A stretch of DNA of 17,448 nucleotides from Tubiluchus corallicola. Lineage: Eukaryota; Animalia; Priapulida. A program made the translations under genes and the position numbers. Position 1 is the stretch's first letter. Every line of letters starts with the position of its first letter. This document shows, piece after piece, positions 1 to 15,207 of this stretch. Where the stretch lies: the NCBI GenBank assembly GCA_030141605.1, contig JAQGDQ010002028.1:1-17448 (forward strand), written 5' to 3'. The notes below the pieces were generated by a model that saw nothing but the letters and a program-made list of their open reading frames with translations, was not told the DNA's origin and made no database searches.

Positions 1-168
1 TGAAAAACTTCGGCCACATTCTACCTATATCTATGTATACTAATATTGAACGCAAAATTTTATATTTCTGTTTAGGAGCAAATTAGACATTTTCTGTCAG
101 AGACAGCCCTTGAAACTCTTATCCACGCATTTATCAGTTTTAGGTTAAACAATTTTAATACCTCCAGT

Positions 169-209
169 TGTGTGTGCGTGTGTGTGTGTGTGTGTGCACG
201 CGCGCGCGT
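169..209. repeat. (TG)n/(CG)n alternating pyrimidine-purine microsatellite
   Basis: 41 nt of uninterrupted Y-R alternation ending in (CG)5. Confidence 0.95.
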
Positions 210-540
210 TTGTGCGTATGTTAATAGCGTGTACATGCAGGCCTGTAGCAGATTTACGATATTTTTTGATTCAATCTGTTTACTAATCCCCATGTATCTG
301 TGGCTACGCGATTATGGCTTATAATTACGAATTTTTCACTGGATAGTGGGTGTAATGTATGCCTTTTTAAATGCGTTTAGGTTCTAGCAATTTTGTACAT
401 AAAGTGTATTTTTAATATTAATGCATTTTAAATATCTAATAAATTGTCTGTTTACTCATGTTGAGCACAAACACTCATTTTCAGTTATTAATCATAAACA
501 ACTTTCTACTTAAAAAACAAGCAAGAACTGATCGAGAATT

Positions 541-4808
<4,268 letters not shown>

Positions 4809-6493
4809 TAATTTTTAGTTAAGCAACGCCAAATAACCAAATGAAAAAGTTTTAAATGTATTTAGAAATTCAATAACAAGATGTTTATTTATTAATAATT
4901 ATTGTTTGGGTAGAAAGATAAAGGTGATTGATAACTTTTTTGTAATGTTTTCTTTTGTATCTTCGTGATTTCAGAATTAGCAAGGTAATTACTTATATAT
5001 ATGTACTGCTCACCTAGAATTGAAAATTACAGTATTAACTTTTGATTATACTTATTTACTTGTAGGTTTATTAGGCCTAATATGTATTCACTCGGTATTT
5101 TGTAGAAAATACTTTATATCACTGCCATTCCCCGTTTATCTCTTTAGCAAGACCAACAGCCTAAGATATAATTTTTTGTAAATCACAGAGTTTCTACATT
5201 GTAATGTTGTGCAATTTTTAATACCATACAGTACATCACGAATGTGTGTATTTGTTGAAAATGTGCCTATTAAAACAAATTGTCAATAAATTAATGATTT
5301 GAAAAAAAATATAAATGATAGCTAATTAAGATAGCTAAATAATATAATATAATAGCTAACTATTAATTTATAAATGTAATTAATTTTTTACCACAAATTC
5401 TTTGTGCGTAGGTGTGACAAAATAAAAATATGGCAATAAATCTTTCATAATAAACAGAAAATGTGGATTTCAGAAACTTAATAATTTTGTAGCATTTGGA
5501 TCATATTAAAACTCATATCTCACTCCTCTGTTCACTAACAGGCTGGGTGTTGTTTAACTTTCGTCAGTGACACTTAATTTAAACATGATGAAAGCTGATG
5601 AGCATTTTATGTAAGAGAACATGCTAAGTAAGCCTGAAATAGATTAAAATATCTATTAATATGTCAACAGCATGTTATGGATGGTGCGAGTAGAGTTCTC
5701 AGTCCAGAATCCAGAGATGCCAGACAGATTTTGCAGTCCCCAGACTACTGCTAGGATTAGTGTAAAAGGCAAAATACAGGTGCAGTGATCTATCGCTTTT
5801 CGACTGAGATTTTATCAGTTTTCAAGCCAGTCTAGTCAAAAAGATTTAATGTTGTAAGATTATACTAACTTGGTAATTAACGCATTTTTCAAATGTTTAC
5901 CAATTGATTTTTAGTAACTTATTAGACGATAAAGTGTATTCATAATAAAAATAAAAAGACAGTTAATCACAAAATTTTTATTAGTATTAAAAAAATTCAG
6001 ATTCCATACAAGAAACATAATTTTTTGAACTCATTTGCAACTAATTGCAATACAAATGATTAGTAATGATTGCATTTCAGTACCTGTAGAATGCAGATGT
6101 TTAACTGAAGATCTTTTCAGCCCACCATAGCAACCGTTCCGTCATGCCATTTTGTGTGATGTAATTCGTTTATTTTGCCTTTACTCTACACAAGTTACAT
6201 TCTGGAATTCTGTGTGATTAATTTCATGTAATCTGATAAAGGGAGCGCTGGTTTTCTGAAATATCGTTAATGTTAAAATACCGCGTTGTGATTAAGTTGT
6301 TTTTTATTCTGATTCCTTAGTTTTGCGTATTAATTATTATAATCTGTTTGTAATCCCTGTAGCATAATATAACACAATATTTCATGTGATTGATTATAAG
6401 ACTGTAAAAGCCATAACTACACTACACTACCCACCACCACGCCACACAACTCTACCACATCAAATCCACTGCATCACATTGTGATCATGCTGT

Positions 6494-6494
<1 letters not shown>

Positions 6495-6533
<39 letters not shown>
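6495..6533. repeat. (GAT)13 microsatellite
   Basis: Perfect trinucleotide run read directly. Confidence 0.97.
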
Positions 6534-6534
<1 letters not shown>

Positions 6535-7260
6535 GCAACGATAACGACACCTACAGCATCACAACAAAATCATTCAAGACATTTTCCACAAAGTCAAAAC
6601 TGTTTGCTATAATAAAGGCTCTTAGTCTGTCTAACAATGATCAATAATGCACAGACATTCTACATATTCCTTATTGCTCCTCGGATGATAATAGGCTAAC
6701 AGAACTTACATGTAAAATCTATAACACTGTAGAACGGCGTAACAATAACACTAGACAATTTTTGCCATTTCCTTAGAAAACTTTGCCATTTACTCATTGT
6801 GTGATAAACAATACGTGTTAAATTTTCACTAATTTGGAGTCCCTGGTAACCATAAACGTTCATCTAAATTACTACCAATATTTCAGCCAAGTTTGTCATA
6901 TCATCTTGATTGTCACCCCCCCCCCCCGAGAGTGCCTGGTAGGCATTGTTTTTTCAAAAAAATTACTTCTGCCCAAGACACGGCTGATTTTCGAATGGTT
7001 CAATATCGTTTCAAAAGCAAAAACGTTTTTGAGCAGATAACGTTGCAATACCAATACTGCATTCTAATTTCACATAGGTGATTTTAATAGTTTAATAATA
7101 AATTTCACAGCTGAGAGAATGAGAGAGGTAGAGAAGCCGAGAAGTTGCCAATAAACCTTTTTTATTACATATATACATATATATATATTGCCATACTAGT
7201 TCGGGCATTCATAAAATTTTCTAGGTCGCTTTATGAAAATCATGAAATAAAAATAAATAA

Positions 7261-8388
7261 GCTTTCTAATCAGCAAAGCTACAAGCAGGTTGACTAAATC
7301 ATTGACAGTTTCAAGAAGGCATCGCTAAATCAGTGACTGTTTCAAGCCGGCTTCTAAGAATCAGTCACAGTTTCAAGCAGGCTTCTATAAATCAGTGACA
7401 GTTTCAAGCAGGCTTCTATAAATCAGTGACTGTTTCAAGCAGGCTTCTATAAATCAGTGGCATTTTTAAGCAGGCTTCTATAAATCAGTGACAGTTTCAA
7501 GCAGGCTTCTATAAATCAGTGACAGCTTCAAGCAGGCTTCTATAAATCAGCGACAGCATCAAGCAGGCTTCTATAAATCAGTGACAGTTTCAAGCAGGCG
7601 TCGCTAAATCAGTGACAGTTTCGAGCAGGCTTCTATAAATCAGTGACAGTTTCAAGCAGGCTTCTATAAATCAGTGACAGCTTCAAGCAGGCTTCTATAA
7701 ATCAGCGACAGCTTCAAGCAGGCTTCTATAAATCAGTGACAGTTTCAAGCAGGCATCGCTAAATCAGTGACAGCTTCAAGCAGGCTTCTATAAATCAGTG
7801 ACAGCTTCAAGCAGGCTTCTATAAATCGGCGACAGCTTCAAGCAGGCTTCTATAAATCAGTGACAGCTTCAAGCAGGCTTCTATGAATCAGCCACAGTTT
7901 CAAGTGGGCTTCTATAAATCAGTGACAGCTTCAAGCAGGCTTTGTGAAAGTTGTAACTGTATATTTTTAGGTGCTGCCATCTATTGACTAATCACTTTAC
8001 ATTTTACTAGTTAAACTCACCCCTAGTACAATTGCTCGGTCCAGTGAATATGCATACTCACTGGATCTCCCCCTATTTTTACTGTAATGGTATTTGTGAA
8101 GCCAAGTTTTGCATAGTCCTCTACCTATATATACTGGCTGGATTTTACTTCTAGCCACTGTCTAAATCTTAGTGATCAGTGCAGGACACTCTGGTCCTCA
8201 GTGTGTAGTTTAGCAGTCATTTTACATATGTCTATGTAGTATAATAAACGTTTTCAGTTTTGTGCAGATATGTAATATAGTGTTCATTCGTTTTCTACAA
8301 AGTGTTCAACTTCAACCTCATACATGACTTTCACAGGCTTCTATAAATCAGTGACAGTTTCAAGTAGGCTTCTATAAATCAGTGACTG
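7261..8388 (+). repeat. 31-bp minisatellite, consensus AAATCAGTGACAG(T/C)TTCAAGCAGGCTTCTAT, ~23 units, interrupted by the 7943-8335 insertion
   Basis: Exact 31-nt period from 7296 (20 full units plus a partial unit to 7942), a degenerate unit at 7261-7295, and the array resuming in register at 8341-8388. Confidence 0.97.
7943..8335 (+). mobile_element. Probable solo LTR of an LTR retrotransposon (393 bp)
   Basis: Starts TGTGAAAGT and ends ACTTTCACA (perfect 9-bp inverted termini, TG...CA). Flanked by a 5-bp direct repeat GGCTT (7938-7942, 8336-8340). Internal TATATATA at 8126-8133 precedes AATAAA at 8243-8248. No ORF. Confidence 0.82.
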
Positions 8389-8549
8389 AACATATAGCTT
8401 ATATTTATAAATCTATAAATCTGGATTTGGACTTACATCTCTTTGTAAGTAGCAAAAATCTTTTAATGTAATTAGAACCAGTTAAAATGAATTGAAATTG
8501 AAAGAGTGTTGTAGATTTATTGCCATAGTTAATATGTTTTCAACACTTC

Positions 8550-10915
8550 CGGCCCTATTAAATAACACTAATATTAATCAATTCTAAGTGAATTTGTTAC
8601 CAATATTTCGAGTAATTGCCTTTTTCCTCACTAGCCTTTAACATCTAGAAAAATACTGTCTAATTATACCTACAGTCAATGAGGAGTATAACAGCTTGAT
8701 ACATTTTCTGAACATTAAATTATAATACTGATGCCCGTGTAATGCCGATATACTGTATTTTATTGCAGATAATTTATAGTTCTTTATTGTGACGAACAAG
8801 CCAGGCATTGAAAACGTTGCTAATAAATTATTGTTTGATTACTCAAGCAGAATGCCAGTTTTTATTACATTACCATCAATTAGGATTTATGTGTAACTAT
8901 ACATATGTCGAATAGTTACTAAGACGTTTAGATGATACATGTATGTCTTATGATGATAATTTACGACATAAAATACATTAATGACAAAAACTATGGCCGA
9001 CCTAAATTTAAAACAAAAAAGATTGCGTAATGTTTTATTTAAGGGCGACAATCTTTTGATTTGCTCAATTTTCGCAGTGTACCAAATTGCTGTCCACACT
9101 ACATGTCTTAAGTTGTTCTCGTTTGCAAAAACTAAACCCCTTTTTTCCATTCCATCCGAATAAATCTTATTGACTTTTCTTCGCAGGGACTTTACCAGAT
9201 GTTCTTCAGTCGGTTGTTGTACCTGTTGTTTCCAATGACATATGCAATGACAAGATGAGAGAAATCTTAGATGACGTAACACATATCAGAGCTAGTATGA
9301 TCTGTGCTGGAAATTTGGAAGACGAGTCTGGAGCTTGTTTTGTGAGTAACATGTCGTGTGCAACTTAATTGTTTCACTATAAGTTTTCAGTTTGCATGAT
9401 TCCAATTGAAGCAATTCTAAAGTCTGATGAGAAACATTGTTGTTATTGTCGTCGTCATCGTTGCTATCGTCGTCATCATCAAGGTTTCATCATATTAAAT
9501 TTTGTCGTTGCCGTTGTTACTGTTGTTATTATCGTTCGTTATTATTTTAAATTCTGATTTTAAATTATGCTCTAACCAAGCTTTAGTATCTTCCCAAATC
9601 CTTGATGTGGTTGTTGGAATATACAATCAGACTGATCCTTATATGTAACAAAATATTATTTCCGTTATATAGGGAGACTCATGCTGTTGTAGTTATTGTT
9701 GTTGTTATTGGTGATGCTGTTGCTGTTGTAGTTATTGTTTGCTGCATTGTTGTCCTTGTTGCGATTAACCTGCATTAAATAAAGAAGTATAAGTTGTTGT
9801 TGCAGAAAACATAAAGAAGTATCCAAAGTCAAACCCATGAGTGTGTTTATTTTTGCATTACGAATTACTGTAAAACATTACTGTAAAGCATAGTAAAACA
9901 TTAGAGAATGGAATTGTTAAAATGTATATTTAACACTATGGCATTATATATATAACATTGATTTTATATAACATTGATCTTTGTTTAGGGAGATTCTGAT
10001 GGTCCATTGGTTGAAGATGCAACTGGCAAGCTGATTGGTGTTGTTTCTTGAGGTGTTGGATGCCAATATGAAGGGACTCCAGGCGTATATACCCGTGTGA
10101 CATCATTCAGACAATGGATCACTGATGTAATTAATGGATAGTACCTTTTAGTTAAGTAATGCCAAACAACCAAGTGAAAACATTTTAAATGTACTTACAA
10201 ATTCAGTAATAACTAATGTTTGCATCAAGAGAGAAAGACGACCTGAATTTTTTTTGAGATTTTCGTGATTTGTGTATAATGCAAGATAATGGCAAAAATT
10301 GATAATTATAGTGTAAACTATTAATTATACTTATATAGCTTGTAGGTTTATTAGGCCTATATAATTTTATGTATACACTTGGTGTACTGTAGTAAATATT
10401 TGATATCACTGCCATTTCCCGTTTTATTTATTAAACAGGACCAATTGCCTAAGATATATTTTTTATAAATCATTGGATTTTTACATTGTAATGTTGTGTA
10501 ATTGTTCATACCATACAGCACTATAAGTTAGTTAAATTCACTCAAAATAAATAAAGTTTATATATAACTTTATTAAATGTGTGTATTGGATGAAAACGCC
10601 CGAAACGATGTTAACATGTTAACTATCAACGTAACTAATGATTTATAAATGAATTAAAGACAATTGACTGACATAGTTAGCACGATGAAATAAAAGTGCG
10701 AGATTAAATATTTAAAAATAGACGAAAAAGGTGTATTTCAGAATTTTAATAATCTTGTAGTACTTGAATTACAACAAAACTTCGTTGCTCATTCATCTAT
10801 TAACTAACCAGGCCGAGTGTTGTTTAACTTTTTTCACTAAAACCTAACTTAAGTACGCATAAAGCTGATAAACATTTTACTCAGAGGGCAAGAAAGGGGT
10901 ACCTGAAATAGATTT
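8550..10915 (+). repeat. Diverged direct duplication of ~3620-5645 (distal intron 5, exons 6-7, 3' flank)
   Basis: Collinear shared blocks such as CCCTATTAAAT (~3626/~8553), TGATTACTCAAGCAG (~3834/~8836), CTTGTAGGTTTATTAGGCCTA (~5059/~10339), GTGTTGTTTAACTTT (~5547/~10817) and CCTGAAATAGATT (~5633/~10902). Boundaries are approximate. Confidence 0.9.
9187..10141 (+). pseudogene. 5'-truncated serine protease pseudogene, paralogue of the 541-4808 gene: exon 6' 9187-9341 and exon 7' 9989-10141
   Basis: Exon 6' reads TLPDVLQSVVVPVVSNDICNDKMREILDDVTHIRASMICAGNLEDESGACF with intact AG/GT sites. Exon 7' reads [49 protein letters not shown] with an in-frame TGA at 10049-10051. I found no exon 1-5 equivalents between the two copies. 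Confidence 0.9.
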
Positions 10916-12692
10916 CAGAAAAATGGCCTTCAAAATGTATTACTTTATGGCAATTTTATGCTTATAACATACTCCCGCTGAAATGATTTTTGTTTGTTTC
11001 CATTTAAAATCTCAAGCAATACTGTTCTGATGGCGCCATTACACGACGTCACTTACGCACAACGTAAATCAGGGGAAGAATAGTAAATGTTAAACTATAT
11101 CTCCAAAAACTTTCCATGCAAAATTATGCTACTTAACATTTTGCTAACCTGCTTGAATGACTTATGTAACCAGAAAAAAAAATTAGTTATTTAAATGCTT
11201 TCACCAATTGGTAAAATGTCACTGACTCACCTCCAGAGTGCACCCCACACTAGCCAAAACTTATTTTTAATCTTATTGACAAGATACAGCAATTTTCAAT
11301 TTTATTTAGTTAGTGACGTATGCTCTGCAAATGCCCTGATTATTTTTTTAAACTTTACAGAATGTTAACTAAACTTGTTTCAAAAAACTTATCGCCAAAA
11401 TGCCTGAGTCTAACGGTTAACGCGAGAGCTTGAATTTATACAGCATTACTGCCGTCAAGAATAATATGCAACAAGGCAGTATGCAGGTGGTATAAAATTT
11501 CAAGACGAGTTTTAAGCTTTATGTAAGTGGAGGGGTTTCTTGTGCTTAAAGTGAACATGCTAAGGCAACTATTTTCTTTTTTTGAGAGTATTTAAACGAG
11601 AAACACGGGCAGTTGCAAATACCATTTTTGAAAACATATTGTGAGCATTTACTTCTTATTAAGAACAGTATTTTTAAAGCAAATAGAGATGCTTGAAGCT
11701 TGAGTAGTAGTTTATCACATGAGTTAAATTAGTAAAAAGTGTCATGAGAATGTAATGAATGAAAGTGTAATGAATAATCTGCTATTATGTTCACAATACA
11801 AGAAAAATTTGCAAGTGTCTCTTAGAAATGAACTATTTAGTTGGAGACTAACTTCGTGTAATTTGAGTATGTGCTCGGATTTCTTTAGCTGCGACTTAAC
11901 AAATTAATTATCACTATTAACTGTTTCAACGTGCCGCCTATATTTTGTGATGTACTATATTAATTATGCGCAGAAGCTGTCATTCATAATGATGACGTGT
12001 GACAATTTCTTTTATTGCTATAATATCGGACTGCAGTTGGTGCCTCGTTGACCGTTGCTAAACTACCCAGGCTGGTTAGGTACAAGCAGAGGCCGAGAGG
12101 CATTTAACCTTTCTGACATCTATCCAGGAAACAATGTAATAATCTGTAAGAAAACAATACATGCATTAATTTTAATTTTGCAAATTTAGTGAAGTAGTTT
12201 TGCAAGTGTTTACAGTGATGTGGATTAAGCTAACTAAACCAGTGGAAAGACAGAAAAGGCAGAAAAGGCCACTTTTGTACTGATCAGATGCAAAACTTAG
12301 TTTTATCAGAAACGTTTAGCATGAAAGTACAATAACATGAAAATATTATTGTTAGTGTTAAAAATCGCATTTTGTCAAATCACATTTGGATCATTAATAA
12401 ATGAAAGTCTCCTGTGGTCCTTGTCGCTCAGTGGTAAACTACTTATGCCAATAAACCAAACTGCAGCAACTTAACGACAATAAAATATGAAATAATTTTG
12501 CCCTTAATTTGTTGGTAATTAAGTGTCACCCACATGTTGCTGGTTTATATGTCAAGTAAAATATTGACAATCATGTCACTTCATTGACAATATAAATCGA
12601 TTTTGTCTATTCCGCACCCTTCAAAACGCATACATATCCGCATGTTATATAAACGTCACTTAACTCTGCACTCCCTAGGTAGATCATATAAA

Positions 12693-12940
12693 CGTAAGTT
12701 CAACCTAAAGTAAGAAAGTAGTGACTAAAAGCAGCAGTTTGCTTGCATTCACCTGCGTCATTCTCATCTAACTAATGCAATAATCAACATTTTGCTAATA
12801 TGGTCATTTGATGAATCAGTTGTGCTCACCAAAGTTTCGATAAAAATTCTGCATTATTATATTATAATATAGCTATAATATATATTAAGTATATATTTAT
12901 TTATAATTTTTTAAAAATTATAAAAAACTGTGTTTCATAT
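12693..12940 (-). pseudogene. Inverted relic of protease intron 2 (3' part), splice acceptor and first codons of exon 3 (VELT, then FI*)
   Basis: The reverse complement of 12693-12794 matches 1709-1810 at 96 of 102 nt by manual alignment. Weaker similarity continues to ~12940 (about 1575 in the gene). Confidence 0.88.
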
Positions 12941-12957
12941 ATATATATATATATATA
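12937..12957. repeat. (AT)10 microsatellite
   Basis: Read directly. It lies at the edge of the inverted intron-2 relic. Confidence 0.9.
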
Positions 12958-13690
12958 CACGAAACACTCTTTACTTTAAATGGTTTTACACACTGCAGTT
13001 GTTGTTATTGATTTTGTGCAATATTTATTGAAGATGCGCAAATTAAAAAAATAGAATTTTGTAAATTTAGTAATATAGGTCTCCTGAATTAATGTGCTAG
13101 AAAAGACATTTGCATAAATAGACCATTATGCAACATTAAAGCTTTACTATAATTAGACTAATTGTCCTAGCATTTGATGTTAACAGTTATTACTACATTA
13201 CTTCATCTGTGCAGTACTTACCTGTTTTCATTTCAGGCAAGAAACTTCTGCAGCTCAATATTTACGAAATCAGAAAACTTCAATGACAAGGAATGATGAA
13301 TCTCCCAATGTATTCGTGCTCAGATATAAGAGTACTCTGTGAACTAATACCAAAAAATGACTTGCAGGTCATTCGTTAGAAATGTTGATTAATAATCATG
13401 TATATTAGTTTTATTAATAATTATGAGAGCCAAACTTCACTTTTAAAAATGTGCAAAGTAGAAATTATGGTAATAAAATTATTTTCGTAAGACTGCGTAA
13501 CTTGTCTGTTTTATGAGGTGACAACTTGACATCCGCATGCCTAACCAAATTTCCCACTTTCTTGTGATCAGAAATACTACGTATTCTTTTTAGGGTAACT
13601 CATAATCGAGGGTAGCACCAACAAAAGAGTTTTTTGGGTTTTTACAACCAAACAATTCCATTAAATTTTAAAACATGTAAAATTATTATA

Positions 13691-13888
13691 GGTTTTACAA
13701 GTCAAATGTAGACGTACGTTAAGTCAAATGTAGACTTAGGTAACTCAAATGTGTCTTGGTAACTCAAATGTAGACTTAGGTAGTTCAAATGTGTTAACAA
13801 TGGTTTTAAACAAATCTTGAGTGCTTTTGGTAAGTCAAATGTAGACACATGTCAAGTCAAATGTGACATTGGTATCTCAAATGTAGAT
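13691..13888 (+). repeat. Left terminal/subterminal repeat array of the transposon (8 copies of TCAAATGT)
   Basis: Core starts at 13702, 13724, 13745, 13764, 13785, 13835, 13857 and 13877. Confidence 0.92.
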
Positions 13889-14176
13889 AGGTTTTAAAGT
13901 TTAAGGATGTTAAATTTAATCTTCTTTAATTTCAATTTAATAATTGCTCTTAAGTTAAAATAACAACGTTATATGTTCACTAATATTTTGCAAACTTTAC
14001 ATGCCATTGTAACTGTTAGAGAAAACAATGCATTCTTAAAATAAACAATGTTTCTTGAGAGAAACCAATTCATTAATACAGTGCTATACTGCATATAATG
14101 CATTACTTAAAAAATTAATTAGTGATTCACTGTTCATTGGGAAGTGGGAACCGATTTACTCTTTTCTGCCGACATT

Positions 14177-15207
14177 ATGGTTTATCAAAGAATTTCGTTT
14201 GAGGATAAACAGCGCATTTTTCAAAGTTATGAAAGAGGTGATGATTACTTACATCTTGCACGGCAACTTGGTATAAAAAAAAATCAACTGCGTGGGCTAT
14301 TATTAAGAGAGCACTGGAGGGTGGAATTGTCAAACCACGTGGCGGCTTCAGAAGAAAGCTCGTCGATGAAGAAATGGGAGACTATGCTATTAATCTTATA
14401 GAGACTCATCCAGAATTTACGCTAGAGCAAATCATTGCATCTATGCGCCGAGACATGCCTGAGAAACAACACATATCCCGTTCAACGTAGCTAATGTTTT
14501 AAAAGGGCGTCTGATTGTAATGAAAAAGTTAGAAGACGCTGTAGCGGATAGAAATAGTGAAAGAGTGAAGCACGAACGCTTTCTTTATGCACACTGGTTG
14601 ATGGAGAGAGGTTTGCAATGTGAAATTATATTCATTGACGAAGCGGGCATAAACCTGTGGATAAAGAGGACGAGAGGAAGGGCAATACAGGGTCAAAGAG
14701 CCGTGCGAGTTGTGGCTGGTCGTCGCGGAGGCAATCTTACCATGACTTTTGCAGTTAGCAATACAAACGGCCTGATATATCATTCCTTAACAGAAGGTGG
14801 AATGAACAGAGAACGTTTTAATGCATTTCTTCAAGACGCAACAGATAACCAGCATGACGATGGTCGGGAGAAAATTTTTCGTTTTTGACAATGCACCTGC
14901 TCACAGGAGAGCAGCCTTGCCGCCAGATTTGCGCCTACCAATTCAAATTAAGAGGCTTCCTCCTTATTCTCCCTTTTTAAATATTGTCGAGAACATATTC
15001 AGTCAGTGGAAGGCCGAAATGAAGCGTCTTCTTGCAGATATTAGAGAAAATCTTCTAGTGCAGAATCATGGTCAGAGAATGGCAACATTAGCTCAGTTAG
15101 CAGAACAGTCTGTTAATATCATAACGCCCGCAGATGCAGCCAATTATTTTCGGCATATGCAGCAGTATGTACCACGCTGCTTAACCTACGATGATATTCT
15201 GATGTAA
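14177..15207 (+). pseudogene. IS630/Tc1-like DDE transposase (~342 aa reconstructed), three frameshifts
   Basis: ATG at 14177. N-terminal HTH-like segment (LARQLGIKK/STAWAII...PRGG), a second HTH-like segment (HPEFTLEQI...ISRST/VANVL), and triad motifs FIDEAG, VFDNAPAH and LPPYSPFLNIVE. Frameshifts at the A9 run 14275-14283, at ~14487 and at the T5 run 14875-14879. Stop TAA at 15205-15207. Confidence 0.92.

Noticed and set aside
6910-7224. Possible non-autonomous Helitron-like element ending ...CGGGCATTCATAAAATTTTCTAG
   Set aside because: CTAG is present but there is no convincing subterminal hairpin or A|T target site, and no second copy in the window.
7261-7942. 31-bp repeats as a CRISPR array
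   Set aside because: Units are head-to-tail with no unique spacers, there are no cas genes, and the context is intron-containing eukaryotic DNA.
10049-10051. In-frame TGA as selenocysteine, Trp recoding or readthrough
   Set aside because: The position is normally Trp/Phe rather than Cys, the same exon has G196D, upstream exons are missing, and Trp is TGG elsewhere. A simple nonsense mutation explains it.
10920-11420. Possible piggyBac-type MITE right end (...GAGTCTAACGG-TTAA)
   Set aside because: I found no matching left terminal repeat in the window. It needs a repeat-library search.
12440-12545. Continuation of the inverted exon 3 (CGG/TAAHC-like) further along the minus strand
   Set aside because: Only faint similarity with stops in frame, not distinguishable from chance.
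13216-13340. Splice-like signals (minus-strand ATGAAAACAG|GTAAGT and plus-strand TTTCATTTCAG) suggesting another exon
   Set aside because: No partner exon, no similarity to protease exons 1-2, and all frames close quickly.
14275-14283. Programmed frameshift at the A9 run as the transposase expression mechanism
   Set aside because: It falls within the first HTH and two further frameshifts follow, so decay or sequencing error is more parsimonious.
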